Shown: positions 1 to 9,384 of the stretch, one piece after another
How the letters are laid out: every line of letters starts with the position of its first letter
Position numbering within the stretch: the stretch's first letter is position 1
NCBI GenBank assembly: GCA_963718915.1
Contig: CAVRAI010000007.1
Coordinates: 150,001-182,000 of the forward strand
From: an uncultured Chloroflexia bacterium
GTDB taxonomy: Bacteria > Chloroflexota > Ktedonobacteria > Ktedonobacterales > JADMIN01
DNA length: 32,000 bases
Reading direction: 5' to 3'
The notes under the pieces: generated by a model
What the model was told of the DNA's origin: nothing
The model's database searches: none
What the model saw: the letters and a program-made list of their open reading frames with translations, nothing else
Translations under genes and position numbers: made by a program

Positions 1-280
1 TCCTGGCAACGAGTCCTCGCCGGTGCTGATCGTCATCACCACATTGCTGATCGCCGCGCTGTTTCAGCCCTTGCGGCGCATGATCCAGCGCTTTATCGAC
101 CGGCGCTTTTATCGCAGCAAATACGACACCCGCAAGACGCTCGAAGCGTTCAGCGCGACGCTCCGCCAGGAGGTGGACCTCTCGACACTCACCGGACAAT
201 TGGTAAGCGTCGTCACCGAGACGATGCAGCCGGAACACGTCTCGCTCTGGCTGCGTGAGAGGGAGAGGCGCTCATCATGA
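1..280 (+). CDS. 3' end of a polytopic sensor-like membrane protein (5' part outside window); paralog of 774..1568
   Basis: Frame is open from the window edge (codons from nt 2) to TGA 278-280. The C-terminal module ([60 protein letters not shown]...) matches the C-terminus of ORF 774..1568 with only three substitutions before the tails diverge. The DNA differs mostly at synonymous sites. Confidence 0.75.
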   Translation, partial: PGNESSPVLIVITTLLIAALFQPLRRMIQRFIDRRFYRSKYDTRKTLEAFSATLRQEVDLSTLTGQLVSVVTETMQPEHVSLWLRERERRSS

Positions 281-774
281 ACAGGCGCGCCACCCTACAG
301 ATGCACACCGACATTCCCCCGGCGCCCCCATCCGACGATTCGACACGCCTGCATGGCTGGCTCCTCGTGGTCGTGCGTGCGGCGGTATTTGCCGTTGTAG
401 CGCTCACGCTCGTGGTCTATGCGGTGGCGCTTCCTGGGTTCGTGCCGCGCATGTCTATTCCCTGTAACGATGCGGTCAATGTCTGTCTGATCACGCCAGA
501 GCAGGTTGCTCCACTGGCACGGCTTGGCATTACTCCCTATGGGCTGGCTGTAGCAGTTGTCATCCTTTCATGCGTGGCCATCTTGCTGGTTGCGAGCGTG
601 GCGGCAGTATTGCTCTGGCGGCGTTCCGACGACTGGATGGCGTTGCTCGTCGCCCTGACGCTCATTCTCATGCCTGCAGTCTTTACACCCATTGGGCAGG
701 GCCTTCCCGCAAACTGGCAGGGTGTGGGCCAGATCTATAGCACAGCCACTTTTATCTACGCTCTTATCTGCTGA
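277..774 (+). CDS. membrane protein, N-terminal-type transmembrane segment (possibly the 5' half of one gene continued in 774..1568)
   Basis: 165-aa ORF with several hydrophobic helices. ATGA overlap with the upstream stop. Its TGA (772-774) overlaps the ATG at 774 of the next ORF. Its end (FIYALIC*) and the next ORF's start ([15 protein letters not shown]) read like one continuous membrane sensor domain. Confidence 0.6.
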   Translation: MNRRATLQMHTDIPPAPPSDDSTRLHGWLLVVVRAAVFAVVALTLVVYAVALPGFVPRMSIPCNDAVNVCLITPEQVAPLARLGITPYGLAVAVVILSCVAILLVASVAAVLLWRRSDDWMALLVALTLILMPAVFTPIGQGLPANWQGVGQIYSTATFIYALIC

Positions 775-1568
775 TGGGCCTCTTCCCCAGCGGGCGCTTC
801 GTGCCGCGCTGGCTCTGGGCGCCCATGCTCCTCGAAATACTCGCCACGCAGACGCCTCTTGGGATGTACTTAGGCGTCCTCGACCTGTTCCTGATTCTTA
901 TCGCCTATGGCTGCGTCATTGGTGGCCAGATCTATCGCTATCGCCACCGCTCCTCGCCCGTGCAGCGCCAGCAGACGAAATGGGTTGTCTCTGGGATTAT
1001 CCTCACCCTGGTGGCGAATCAGTTGTTCTGGCAGCCCGCCGCGTGGATCCCCGCGCTCCAACAGCCAGACTCGCTCTACATACTCCTCGCGGGGCCGGAT
1101 AGCTTCCTGATGATCTGCATCCTGGCGATCTCGTTCGGCGTCGCCATCCTGCGCTATCGCCTCTACGATATCGACGTCATCATCCGGCGGACACTAATCT
1201 ATGGCTCGCTCACGGCCATTCTGGCAGGCGTCTACATTGCGGGCGTGATTGGCGTCCAGTCTCTTGTCAACACCATCGCACGCGCCCCCAGCGGAGAAAC
1301 CTCGCCGGTGCTGATCGTCATCACCACATTGCTGATTGCCGCGCTGTTTCAACCCTTACGGCGTATGATCCAGCGGTTCATCGACCGCCGGTTCTACCGC
1401 AGCAAGTACGATACGCGCAAAACCCTTGAGGCTTTCAGCGCGACATTGCGCCAGGAGGTAGATTTATCTACGTTGACAGGGCAATTGGTAACTGTGGTCA
1501 CCGAGACGATGCAGCCGGAGCATATCTCGCTCTGGATACGCGATAGAGACGCCACTCACACTCGCTGA
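774..1568 (+). CDS. polytopic membrane protein with conserved cytoplasmic C-terminal module (sensor-like, no kinase domain seen)
   Basis: 264-aa ORF with multiple TM helices. C-terminal [18 protein letters not shown]...MQPEH.SLW module shared with the upstream paralog. Confidence 0.75.
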   Translation: MGLFPSGRFVPRWLWAPMLLEILATQTPLGMYLGVLDLFLILIAYGCVIGGQIYRYRHRSSPVQRQQTKWVVSGIILTLVANQLFWQPAAWIPALQQPDSLYILLAGPDSFLMICILAISFGVAILRYRLYDIDVIIRRTLIYGSLTAILAGVYIAGVIGVQSLVNTIARAPSGETSPVLIVITTLLIAALFQPLRRMIQRFIDRRFYRSKYDTRKTLEAFSATLRQEVDLSTLTGQLVTVVTETMQPEHISLWIRDRDATHTR

Positions 1569-1585
1569 GCAAGAGAGGAACCCGT

Positions 1586-2242
1586 GTGCGGGACCAACAG
1601 CATCCTGGCGTGGCGCATGCCCATGTCTTCTGGATCGGTGGCTCGCCCTGCGCGGGCAAAACCTCCATCGCGGACGCCCTGGCCGCGAAGTATCAGGGCA
1701 ACGTCTATCACTTCGACCGCATGGAGAAGAACCACATCGCACGCTCCAATGAGGCGACGAACCCCGACTTGATGGCGTTTCTCGCGATGGACATGGACCA
1801 GCGCTGGCTCACCAGGTCGCCAGATGCGATGGCCCGCAATGCCATTGCTTCCTGGCAGGCCCGCTTTCCGCTCGTACTCGAAGATGTGCGCGCGTTGCCC
1901 ATGAACATCCCACTCTTTGCCGAAGGGCCAGGACTGTTTCCAGAATGTGTCGCTCCCCTGCTGATCAATCCTCAGCAGGCAGTCTGGCTTGTGACCACAG
2001 CGCGATTTTGCATGGCCGTGCGGCGGCAGCGGGGAGGAAGCGCGCTGGGAACGAGCGATCCCGCCCGTGCTCTGCGCAACATCGTGCAGCGCGATCTACG
2101 CATGGCGCGCTACGTAAAACGCCAGGCTACTGTGCGTCAACTTATCTGCCACGAGGTGGATGGTAGCCGTTCACTGGCGCAAATGATCGCGCTCGTGGAG
2201 GAGCAGTTCGCTCCATGTCTACCCGTCAGCGAAAAGAGCTGA
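1586..2242 (+). CDS. P-loop NTPase / small-molecule-kinase-like protein
   Basis: 218-aa ORF with Walker A GGSPCAGKTS near the N-terminus. GTG start preceded by AGAGAGGAA. Precise family not recognisable by eye. Confidence 0.65.
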   Translation: MRDQQHPGVAHAHVFWIGGSPCAGKTSIADALAAKYQGNVYHFDRMEKNHIARSNEATNPDLMAFLAMDMDQRWLTRSPDAMARNAIASWQARFPLVLEDVRALPMNIPLFAEGPGLFPECVAPLLINPQQAVWLVTTARFCMAVRRQRGGSALGTSDPARALRNIVQRDLRMARYVKRQATVRQLICHEVDGSRSLAQMIALVEEQFAPCLPVSEKS

Positions 2243-2247
2243 GATGC

Positions 2248-2700
2248 ATGCCAGCGCTCATACACAAGGTGCTCGCCTATATTACCTGGGGCGATAAGCT
2301 GCTGGTCTTCAGCCATCCCGACTTTCCCGAGGCGGGGATTCAGGTTCCCGCAGGCACGATAGAGCCGGGCGAGGAGTCAGAGGCCGCGGCGCTGCGTGAG
2401 GCGTTCGAGGAGACCGGGCTGAGCGGGCTGACGCTGGTCGCGCCGCTGGGTGAGCGATTGCGTGATGTGACGCCGTTTGGGAAGGATGAGCTGCACCACC
2501 GCTACTTCTTCCACCTGCGCTACGACGGTACGCCGCCGCGGATCTGGCGGCACTGGGAGGAATTTCCCTCGGATGGCAGCGAGCGCGTCGCCTTCGATTT
2601 CTTCTGGGCGCAGCTTCCTGATGGCGTGCCGCCGTTGTTCGCCGACCACGACGCCTGCCTACCCGCGCTGCTGCGTTCGATGGGGCTGCCATCGGCGTGA
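2248..2700 (+). CDS. NUDIX hydrolase
   Basis: Nudix box GTIEPGEESEAAALREAFEETGL fits GX5EX7REUXEEXGU. ATG 2248 lies 5 nt after the upstream stop. Alternative ATG 2215 would overlap the upstream gene by 28 nt. Confidence 0.85.
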   Translation: MPALIHKVLAYITWGDKLLVFSHPDFPEAGIQVPAGTIEPGEESEAAALREAFEETGLSGLTLVAPLGERLRDVTPFGKDELHHRYFFHLRYDGTPPRIWRHWEEFPSDGSERVAFDFFWAQLPDGVPPLFADHDACLPALLRSMGLPSA

Positions 2701-2774
2701 GCCAACATACGGCAAAACAAAAGCTCCCCACGCCCATGCGGACGGAGGAGCCGTTGAGAATGCGCCGAGGCAGG

Positions 2775-3131
2775 TTATGCGGTCTGCCCGGAATTCGCGG
2801 GCTTCGTCGGGCCAGCGAAGATGTAGACCAGCATCGTGATGCCGCTAAAGACGATCAGCAGGATGAACCAGAGCCACTGGCCCAGGCGTGCCGTTTTCAC
2901 GAGTGCGCCAATCCAGGCAACTAAGGCGAGAATGCCGCCTACTGCATAGACGATAAAAGCGATGATCAACATGATTCCGAGGCCAGCGCCAGCAGTCGCG
3001 CTTACTGTGCCATCGGGATTAGTCGTTGTTGCCGCTGCAGCACCGATACCGCCCACCGCAAGAAGAACCGACGCGATGATAACGAGGAGCAGACCGATGA
3101 GATACAGGTTACGAGATGTCTTCCGTTCCAT
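2775..3131 (-). CDS. small integral membrane protein (hypothetical)
   Basis: Three or four hydrophobic helices. ATG at 3131 (MERKTS...) is preceded by GAAGGAGAAAGC. The longer track ORF start at 3176 lacks an RBS. Confidence 0.65.
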   Translation of the reverse strand: MERKTSRNLYLIGLLLVIIASVLLAVGGIGAAAATTTNPDGTVSATAGAGLGIMLIIAFIVYAVGGILALVAWIGALVKTARLGQWLWFILLIVFSGITMLVYIFAGPTKPANSGQTA

Positions 3132-3265
3132 GCTTTCTCCTTCAGCACTGATGTTTGCGGACGCACCATGCGCCACGCAGCACGATTATACAAGGAGAGC
3201 GCGTGCTGTCAAGTGGTGAATTGCGCGGATGCTCATCGTGCGGATTTCCGCAGGCCAAATTACGG

Positions 3266-3643
3266 TTAGCTGGGAAGACGCGACAGGCATTCTAGTGGAA
3301 CCCAGCCGCTTGCCCCGTCTGCTGTGTGGCAGCGCGCCCACCCGGCCAGTTCGCGCTCAACGGTGAGCCGCGCGCTGGCCGCGACCGACAACTCGCGCGC
3401 GTCATAGTCTTCGCGGAGCGTCGCCGACGCGCCATTCACCATGAGCAGCGTTTCGGGCGCCCAGCCCTCCTTGCCGCGGCTATCGCGACACCAGCGCCAA
3501 CGCCACCCCGGCGTCTCGCGCCAGTCTTCCACACGTTCGGTCGCCTCCAACTGCTCGCCCGCGCGCCCGGCCAGCGGATGCGTATAGATAGCCTCCCAGG
3601 CTGTGCTAACCACCGCCTCGTAGGATTCGTCAGTCTCGCTCAT
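3266..3643 (-). CDS. hypothetical cytoplasmic protein (C-terminal SH3-like GWVPLECL motif)
   Basis: ORF 3266..3652. The internal ATG at 3643 has AAAGG about 9 nt upstream. No recognisable catalytic motifs. Confidence 0.5.
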   Translation of the reverse strand: MSETDESYEAVVSTAWEAIYTHPLAGRAGEQLEATERVEDWRETPGWRWRWCRDSRGKEGWAPETLLMVNGASATLREDYDARELSVAASARLTVERELAGWARCHTADGASGWVPLECLSRLPS

Positions 3644-3780
3644 CGCGAGCATCCTTTCTGCTCACTGTACGAAGTGTCTTTGCGTCTCGCTCCCTGATAT
3701 AGCGCCAGTCTAGCCTCGAATTCATGACATCTCCTGTCATGATGAGCTTGCGCTTTTCCCGCCGAACACCACGCGCCGTG

Positions 3781-3906
3781 GCAGGCGAGGCAAGCCGTAG
3801 CGTCAACGCTACGGCGAATTACCCGCACCTCCGACCTAGTCGCCGGGACCCTCAGTCTCCGGCAGGCTCACCCCAGCACGCTATACGGAGGTATTGCTAA
3901 ACGTTC
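3781..3906 (+). repeat. structured intergenic repeat, copy A
   Basis: Shares GCCGTAGCGTCAACGCTACGGCGAAT, TCGCCGGG-hairpin-CCGG and CCAGCACGCTnnnCGGAGGT..TAAACnTTCA blocks with 28035-28174 (same orientation) and 10606-10737 (inverted). Contains hairpin CCGTAGCG/CGCTACGG at 3794-3813. Confidence 0.7.
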
Positions 3907-3975
3907 ATAGTGGCGTGCGGCGCGCGGTAACTACCTGCCGTCGCAGACAAAATACGAAGCATGCATGCGGGCGTC

Positions 3976-4005
3976 TTGACAAACAGCGCGCGGAACAGCG
4001 ATAAT
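3976..4005 (+). promoter_or_regulatory. candidate sigma70-type promoter for the tRNA-Tyr/tRNA-Thr/tuf transcription unit
   Basis: TTGACA (3976-3981), 18-nt spacer, GATAAT (4000-4005), about 66 nt upstream of tRNA-Tyr. Confidence 0.5.
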
Positions 4006-4071
4006 ACCCCGTGGCATTGTTGGCGCAACCTGTTGCGGCAGCGTGTCACATGCGCATTCACAACTCTGCAT

Positions 4072-4154
4072 GGCCAGATACCGAAGTGGACAAACGGGAC
4101 TGACTGTAAATCAGTTGGCTTACGCCTTCGTAGGTTCGAATCCTACTCTGGCCA
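4072..4154 (+). tRNA. tRNA-Tyr (anticodon GTA), long variable arm
   Basis: Acceptor GGCCAGA/TCTGGCC. Anticodon stem ACTGA/TCAGT with loop CTGTAAA. Variable-arm hairpin GGC-TTAC-GCC. T arm GTAGG-TTCGAAT-CCTAC. Discriminator A. CCA not encoded. Confidence 0.9.
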
Positions 4155-4206
4155 CCGCCTGACGAACGTTTCACGACGTTCTATGGGCGCCACCACATAT
4201 CCATAT

Positions 4207-4281
4207 GCCCGCGTGGCGCAGAGGTAGCGCACAATCTTGGTAAGGTTGGGGTCATGGGTTCGAATCCCATCGCGGGCTCCA
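4207..4281 (+). tRNA. tRNA-Thr (anticodon GGT), CCA encoded
   Basis: Acceptor GCCCGCG/CGCGGGC. D arm GCGC-AGAGGTA-GCGC. Anticodon loop TTGGTAA. T arm ATGGG-TTCGAAT-CCCAT. 3' TCCA. Confidence 0.9.
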
Positions 4282-4444
4282 ACGGTTCCCCGCTGATTTG
4301 CTGGCGCAAGCTGGCAGAGATGCGGCGGAACGTTTTATTGTGTACTGGGCAAGTGTATCTAGCATCTACAGGAGATGACGCCAGACGCGCCGCGCCCGGT
4401 TCGTGTGCCGGAGAGCACGAGCACACAGGAGGGTTTTCAGCTTC

Positions 4445-5650
<1,206 letters not shown>

Positions 5651-5688
5651 GCTCACTGTAAACGCACTCGCACGGTTGCAACGTGCAG

Positions 5689-5720
5689 CGCTCCTGATCG
5701 GCAGTTGTCGGTCAGGAGCG
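5689..5720 (+). terminator. stem-loop downstream of tuf (possible terminator)
   Basis: CGCTCCTGA (5689-5697) pairs with TCAGGAGCG (5712-5720), followed by the T-containing tract TATTCCGTTCC. No clean U-run. Confidence 0.4.
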
Positions 5721-5935
5721 TATTCCGTTCCTGAGCAACGGCGAACGCGGTATGGCGAACTTCGTGTCCATGCGCTAGACAGTCATTTGGAGAATGGTAT
5801 ACAATAGGCTGGAGTGGTTTGCGCCAGTACGTTTGCGCATGGTTGGCATACAACGCACGTTTATGAACATTCTGTGTATAGTGTGCGCTGAGTCGACGTA
5901 GCCACGAAAGAGAAGGCTGAGAGGATAGGGGACGT

Positions 5936-6106
5936 ATGGCCGCCAAAGGCAAAGAAAACCGTATTCTGGTGACACTCGCCTGTACCGAGTGCAAAGAGCG
6001 CAATTATATTACGACGAAGAATAAGAAGAACGATCCGGAGCGCATGGAACTGCGGAAGTTCTGCCCGCGCTGCCGGTGTCAGCGCGCGCATCGCGAAACC
6101 AAGTAG
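5936..6106 (+). CDS. rpmG: 50S ribosomal protein L33 (zinc-ribbon type)
   Basis: Hand-translated 56 aa: [66 protein letters not shown]. Below the ORF-track length cutoff. Confidence 0.9.
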   Translation: MAAKGKENRILVTLACTECKERNYITTKNKKNDPERMELRKFCPRCRCQRAHRETK

Positions 6107-6170
6107 CGGACGAGCATACCCATAGGCGTTGCCCGCAGATGCGCGGCGATCCGCAACAGGAGAACTCACC

Positions 6171-6626
6171 TTGGCAAAGGCAAGTACAAATAAGGACAGA
6201 CGCCTGGCGCGTGCCGTGCGCACACCATCGACCGATGATGAGACGCCGCACGATCAGGAGATCGATCCCGCCGGGGAGAGTCTGATGGACGAGGAAGTGG
6301 AGCAGCTGGCCGAGGCGCAGGAGGCCGTAGACGCCGGTGATCCGCTGCCTGCGGCATTCGCGAGCGACCAGTCCCTCACCGCCACCACGAACCGGACGGC
6401 GCTGCGCACCTATACGGTGCCCTCCTGGACGCTGGGCAACCCCGTGACGCGCTTCATCGCGGAATCGTACATCGAACTGCGCAAAGTGACCTGGCCGACC
6501 TGGAACGAGGCATGGAACTGGACGCTCATCGTCATCGCCATGTCCGCAATCGTCGCCCTCATTCTCGCCGCGGCCGATCTTGGCCTGGCCAAACTGCTTA
6601 CCTGGGTGGTTGGCCTGGGCGGCTAG
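6171..6626 (+). CDS. secE: preprotein translocase subunit SecE
   Basis: C-terminal FIAESYIELRKVTWPTWNEAWNWTLIVIAMSAIVALILAA (SecE motif plus a single TM). In-frame TTG 6171 lies 7 nt after AGGAGA. Position between rpmG and nusG. Confidence 0.85.
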   Translation: MAKASTNKDRRLARAVRTPSTDDETPHDQEIDPAGESLMDEEVEQLAEAQEAVDAGDPLPAAFASDQSLTATTNRTALRTYTVPSWTLGNPVTRFIAESYIELRKVTWPTWNEAWNWTLIVIAMSAIVALILAAADLGLAKLLTWVVGLGG

Positions 6627-6745
6627 TCTAAGCGACGCGCAGTGGCAGTGCGCTCGGCGTCGGTGGTAGCATCTCGTTGCATCAATAACAGAGAAGCCGG
6701 ATGTGATAACTGGCGTGGGTGTTCCGCGCCATAGAGGAGAGCACG

Positions 6746-7348
6746 ATGGACGCGCAGGATCAGGAACCCCTGGAGGAGAGCGAACAGCTTCCGCCGCCCG
6801 AACCTGAGGTCGAGGGGCGTCACTGGTATGCGATCCACACATACTCCGGCTACGAGAACAAGGTCAAGACGCATATCGAGGCGCGCATCATTTCGATGCA
6901 GCTTCAGGAGCGCATCTTCCGGGTGGTCGTGCCCACCGAAGAGGTCATCGAGATCAAGAACGGGCAGCGCCGGACCGTCACGCGCAAAATTTATCCCGGA
7001 TACGTGCTGGTAGACATGGTGCTCGACGAGATCACCTGGCACGCGGTGCGTAATACGCCCGGCGTGACTGGCTTCGTCGGCGGCATGGGCACCGAGCCGG
7101 TTCCTGTGCCCGAGAGCGAGCTACGCTATATCCTGCGCGCGCCCACCGCTGGCGCCGAGGCCAAGCCCAAGACCAAGATCGAGTATAAGATCGGCCAGCC
7201 GGTCAAGGTCATCAGTGGGCCGTTCAGTGAATTCATCGGGACGGTCAGCGAGATCAATCAAGACCGCAACAAGGTGACGGTGCTGGTCTCCTTCTTCGGA
7301 CGCGAGACGCCAGTACAACTGGATTTCCTCGAAGTCGAGAAGATGTGA
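6746..7348 (+). CDS. nusG: transcription termination/antitermination factor NusG
   Basis: HWYAIHTYSGYENKVK NGN domain and C-terminal KOW (GQPVKVISGPFSEFIGTVSEI). GAGGAGAG RBS 6 nt before ATG 6746. Confidence 0.95.
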   Translation: MDAQDQEPLEESEQLPPPEPEVEGRHWYAIHTYSGYENKVKTHIEARIISMQLQERIFRVVVPTEEVIEIKNGQRRTVTRKIYPGYVLVDMVLDEITWHAVRNTPGVTGFVGGMGTEPVPVPESELRYILRAPTAGAEAKPKTKIEYKIGQPVKVISGPFSEFIGTVSEINQDRNKVTVLVSFFGRETPVQLDFLEVEKM

Positions 7349-7536
7349 TCGCGGTCGCATCCATGCGGTATGCTTACATCTGGATGTGAACGTCAGTTTC
7401 CAACGTGTTTGTGGTGGGCGCCGCGCCGCCGTGCGTGCGGATATCGGCGTGCGCCAGTTCGAGGGAGGGCGGGCCGTGATGGCCTGGGGCTTCGTTCGCG
7501 GAGCCGCATTGCCCAGTGACCTCAAAGGAGTAGAAA

Positions 7537-7959
7537 TTGTCCAAGCGCGTCAAGGCAGTGCTCACACTGCAACTCCCCGCGGGCAAGGCGACGCCCGCAC
7601 AGCCCGTTGGCCCAGCGCTCGGCCAGCACGGCATCAACATCATGGGCTTTGTGAAGGAATATAACGAGCGCACCGCGAATCAGGCGGGTAATATCGTCCC
7701 CGCCGAGATCACGGTCTACGAGGATCGCTCCTTCACCTTCATCATCAAGACACCCCCGGCGACCGACCTGCTGAAGAAGGCGGCTGGCGTCGAAAAGGGC
7801 ACGCAGACCCCGGCAAAGGCCACGGTGGGGCAGATCACCAAAAAGCAGTTGCGCGAGATTGCCGAACTGAAGATGAAAGACCTCAACGCCAACGACATCG
7901 AGGCGGCTGAGCGCATCATCGCGGGCACCGCGCGCTCGATGGGGATTACCATCGCCTGA
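7537..7959 (+). CDS. rplK: 50S ribosomal protein L11
   Basis: [42 protein letters not shown] start 6 nt after AAAGGAG. Confidence 0.95.
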   Translation: MSKRVKAVLTLQLPAGKATPAQPVGPALGQHGINIMGFVKEYNERTANQAGNIVPAEITVYEDRSFTFIIKTPPATDLLKKAAGVEKGTQTPAKATVGQITKKQLREIAELKMKDLNANDIEAAERIIAGTARSMGITIA

Positions 7960-8142
7960 GTCTGGATGTGATGTGTCGCCCAACCAGGTTCGCACGCCCC
8001 GGCTTGTAGAGTATGCCAGCCGGGCTAGCGCCGAATCCCACGTTGTGTTGTAAACGTTTAGAGAGACAGAGCCGGAGATCCCCCGGCTTCTATCCGCCCA
8101 ATAGTCACTGCGGACCATGAGCCACGAGGAGGGCAGATTCGC

Positions 8143-8850
8143 ATGCCAAAACACGGTAAGAAGTATCGAGAAGCGACCAAACTGGTCGACGAAGAGAAGC
8201 TGTATCAGGTAGCCGAGGCGATTCCGCTGCTGCGTAAGCTGAACTACGTCACCTTTGATCCCACCGTCGAGTTGCACATGCAGCTTGGCGTGGACCCACG
8301 TCACGCCGACCAGATGGTGCGCGGCACCGCTGGCCTGCCCGCTGGCACGGGCAAATCGGTGAAGGTGCTGGTCTTTGCCCAGGGCGAGAAGGCTACCGAG
8401 GCCGAGCAGGCCGGGGCCGATTTCATCGGACTGGACGACATGATAAAGCAGATCAACGAGGGCTGGCTGGGCTTTGATGTCGCCGTCGCGACGCCTGATG
8501 TGATGCAGAAGGTCGCTGGTCTGGGCCGACGCCTGGGGCCGCGCGGTCTGATGCCGAACCCGAAGACGGGCACCGTCACCTTCGACGTCGGCAGAGCGGT
8601 GCGCGAGGTGAAGGCGGGCCGCGTCGAGTTCCGCGTTGACCGGACCAGCCTGATTCACATTCCCATCGGCAAGCTGTCCTTCACCGACGAACAGCTGACA
8701 GAGAACCTGGCCGCCGCGCTTGATGCCATTCAGCGCGCGAAGCCCGCCGGGGCGAAGGGTCAGTACATCAAGAGCATCGTGCTCTGCTCGACGATGTCGC
8801 CCAGCGTCCGGCTCGATATCCAGCCGACGATGGCGTTGCGCACGGCGTAG
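8143..8850 (+). CDS. rplA: 50S ribosomal protein L1
   Basis: [11 protein letters not shown]...[13 protein letters not shown]...[26 protein letters not shown]. Confidence 0.95.
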   Translation: MPKHGKKYREATKLVDEEKLYQVAEAIPLLRKLNYVTFDPTVELHMQLGVDPRHADQMVRGTAGLPAGTGKSVKVLVFAQGEKATEAEQAGADFIGLDDMIKQINEGWLGFDVAVATPDVMQKVAGLGRRLGPRGLMPNPKTGTVTFDVGRAVREVKAGRVEFRVDRTSLIHIPIGKLSFTDEQLTENLAAALDAIQRAKPAGAKGQYIKSIVLCSTMSPSVRLDIQPTMALRTA

Positions 8851-8933
8851 CTGGCTGGCGGCTGAAGCCGCGCCTAAGGGCTGCGCCGCAAAGCCTGCCT
8901 GCGCGGGCTAGGGCGGTCAAGCCGGATCAGCCA

Positions 8934-8963
8934 TTGACGTTGGCGGCCATCGGCTGCTATACT
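8934..8963 (+). promoter_or_regulatory. candidate sigma70-type promoter inside the rplA-rplJ spacer
   Basis: TTGACG (8934-8939), 18-nt spacer, TATACT (8958-8963). Confidence 0.5.
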
Positions 8964-9190
8964 GCTGGTGAGCTTTTGCTCTCGCCCTGGGGCATCATGG
9001 CGTGGGGTTCGACCCCTGGAAGCTCCCGGTTTCAGCCGGGGGAGATGTCACTGAGTTCGTTGTACAATCGCATACATGCCAGTGATAGCAGGTGCGCGCA
9101 AGCGCTTAAGCGAGAGGCCTGCCGAGGCGAAGTATCCATGGTGCTTATCCGATATGCCGCGACGCGGTGTGTCTGATGATAGAGTGCTTT

Positions 9191-9224
9191 GGGCCTTCGG
9201 GTCGGCGACCTGGAGGCCCTTTTT
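9191..9224 (+). terminator. intrinsic terminator/attenuator about 160 nt upstream of rplJ
   Basis: 13-bp stem GGGCCTTCGGGTC (9191-9203) / GACCTGGAGGCCC (9207-9219) with two G-U pairs and loop GGC, followed by TTTTT (9220-9224). The U-tract can instead pair in hairpin CCTTTTTCGTG (9218-9228) / CACGAAAAAGG (9244-9254). Confidence 0.65.
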
Positions 9225-9384
9225 CGTGGGCATTTTCAAGCATCACGAAAAAGGATGGCATGGCGCGTATGTTCCCTGAGTAGCTCGCGGGGCTGCTCCG
9301 CCACACTCGCGGCGGGCAGGCTGGATGCGGAGAACATCTGGTGGCTTTACCCCCGACATCTGCCCTGGAGGGGAGGAACTGACG

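Noticed and set aside
5651-5935. Possible tRNA-Trp or promoter between tuf and rpmG
   Set aside because: No T-arm or acceptor structure is present. Candidate promoter hexamers (TAGACA, 18 nt, TACAAT around 5777-5806) are too weak to report as a feature.
6009-6842. 277-aa minus-strand ORF
   Set aside because: Antisense to rpmG, secE and the nusG start. Arg/Pro/Gly-rich shadow frame.
7378-7971. Repeated 11-mer TCTGGATGTGA after the nusG stop (from 7379) and after the rplK stop (from 7961)
   Set aside because: Only two short copies with no shared flanking sequence or structure. It could be chance, and the evidence is insufficient to call a motif.
7522-8658. 378-aa minus-strand ORF
   Set aside because: Antisense to rplK and rplA, which are unambiguous. 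Low-complexity Arg/Leu/Gly-rich composition.
8990-9030. tRNA/tmRNA-like GGGGTTCGACCCC motif in the rplA-rplJ spacer
   Set aside because: The loop is only 5 nt (TTCGA) rather than a 7-nt T-loop. No acceptor, D or anticodon arms can be built around it, and there is no tag-peptide frame. Also checked by eye for SRP (GGAAGCAGC) and RNase P (GAGGAAAGTCC) signatures: absent.
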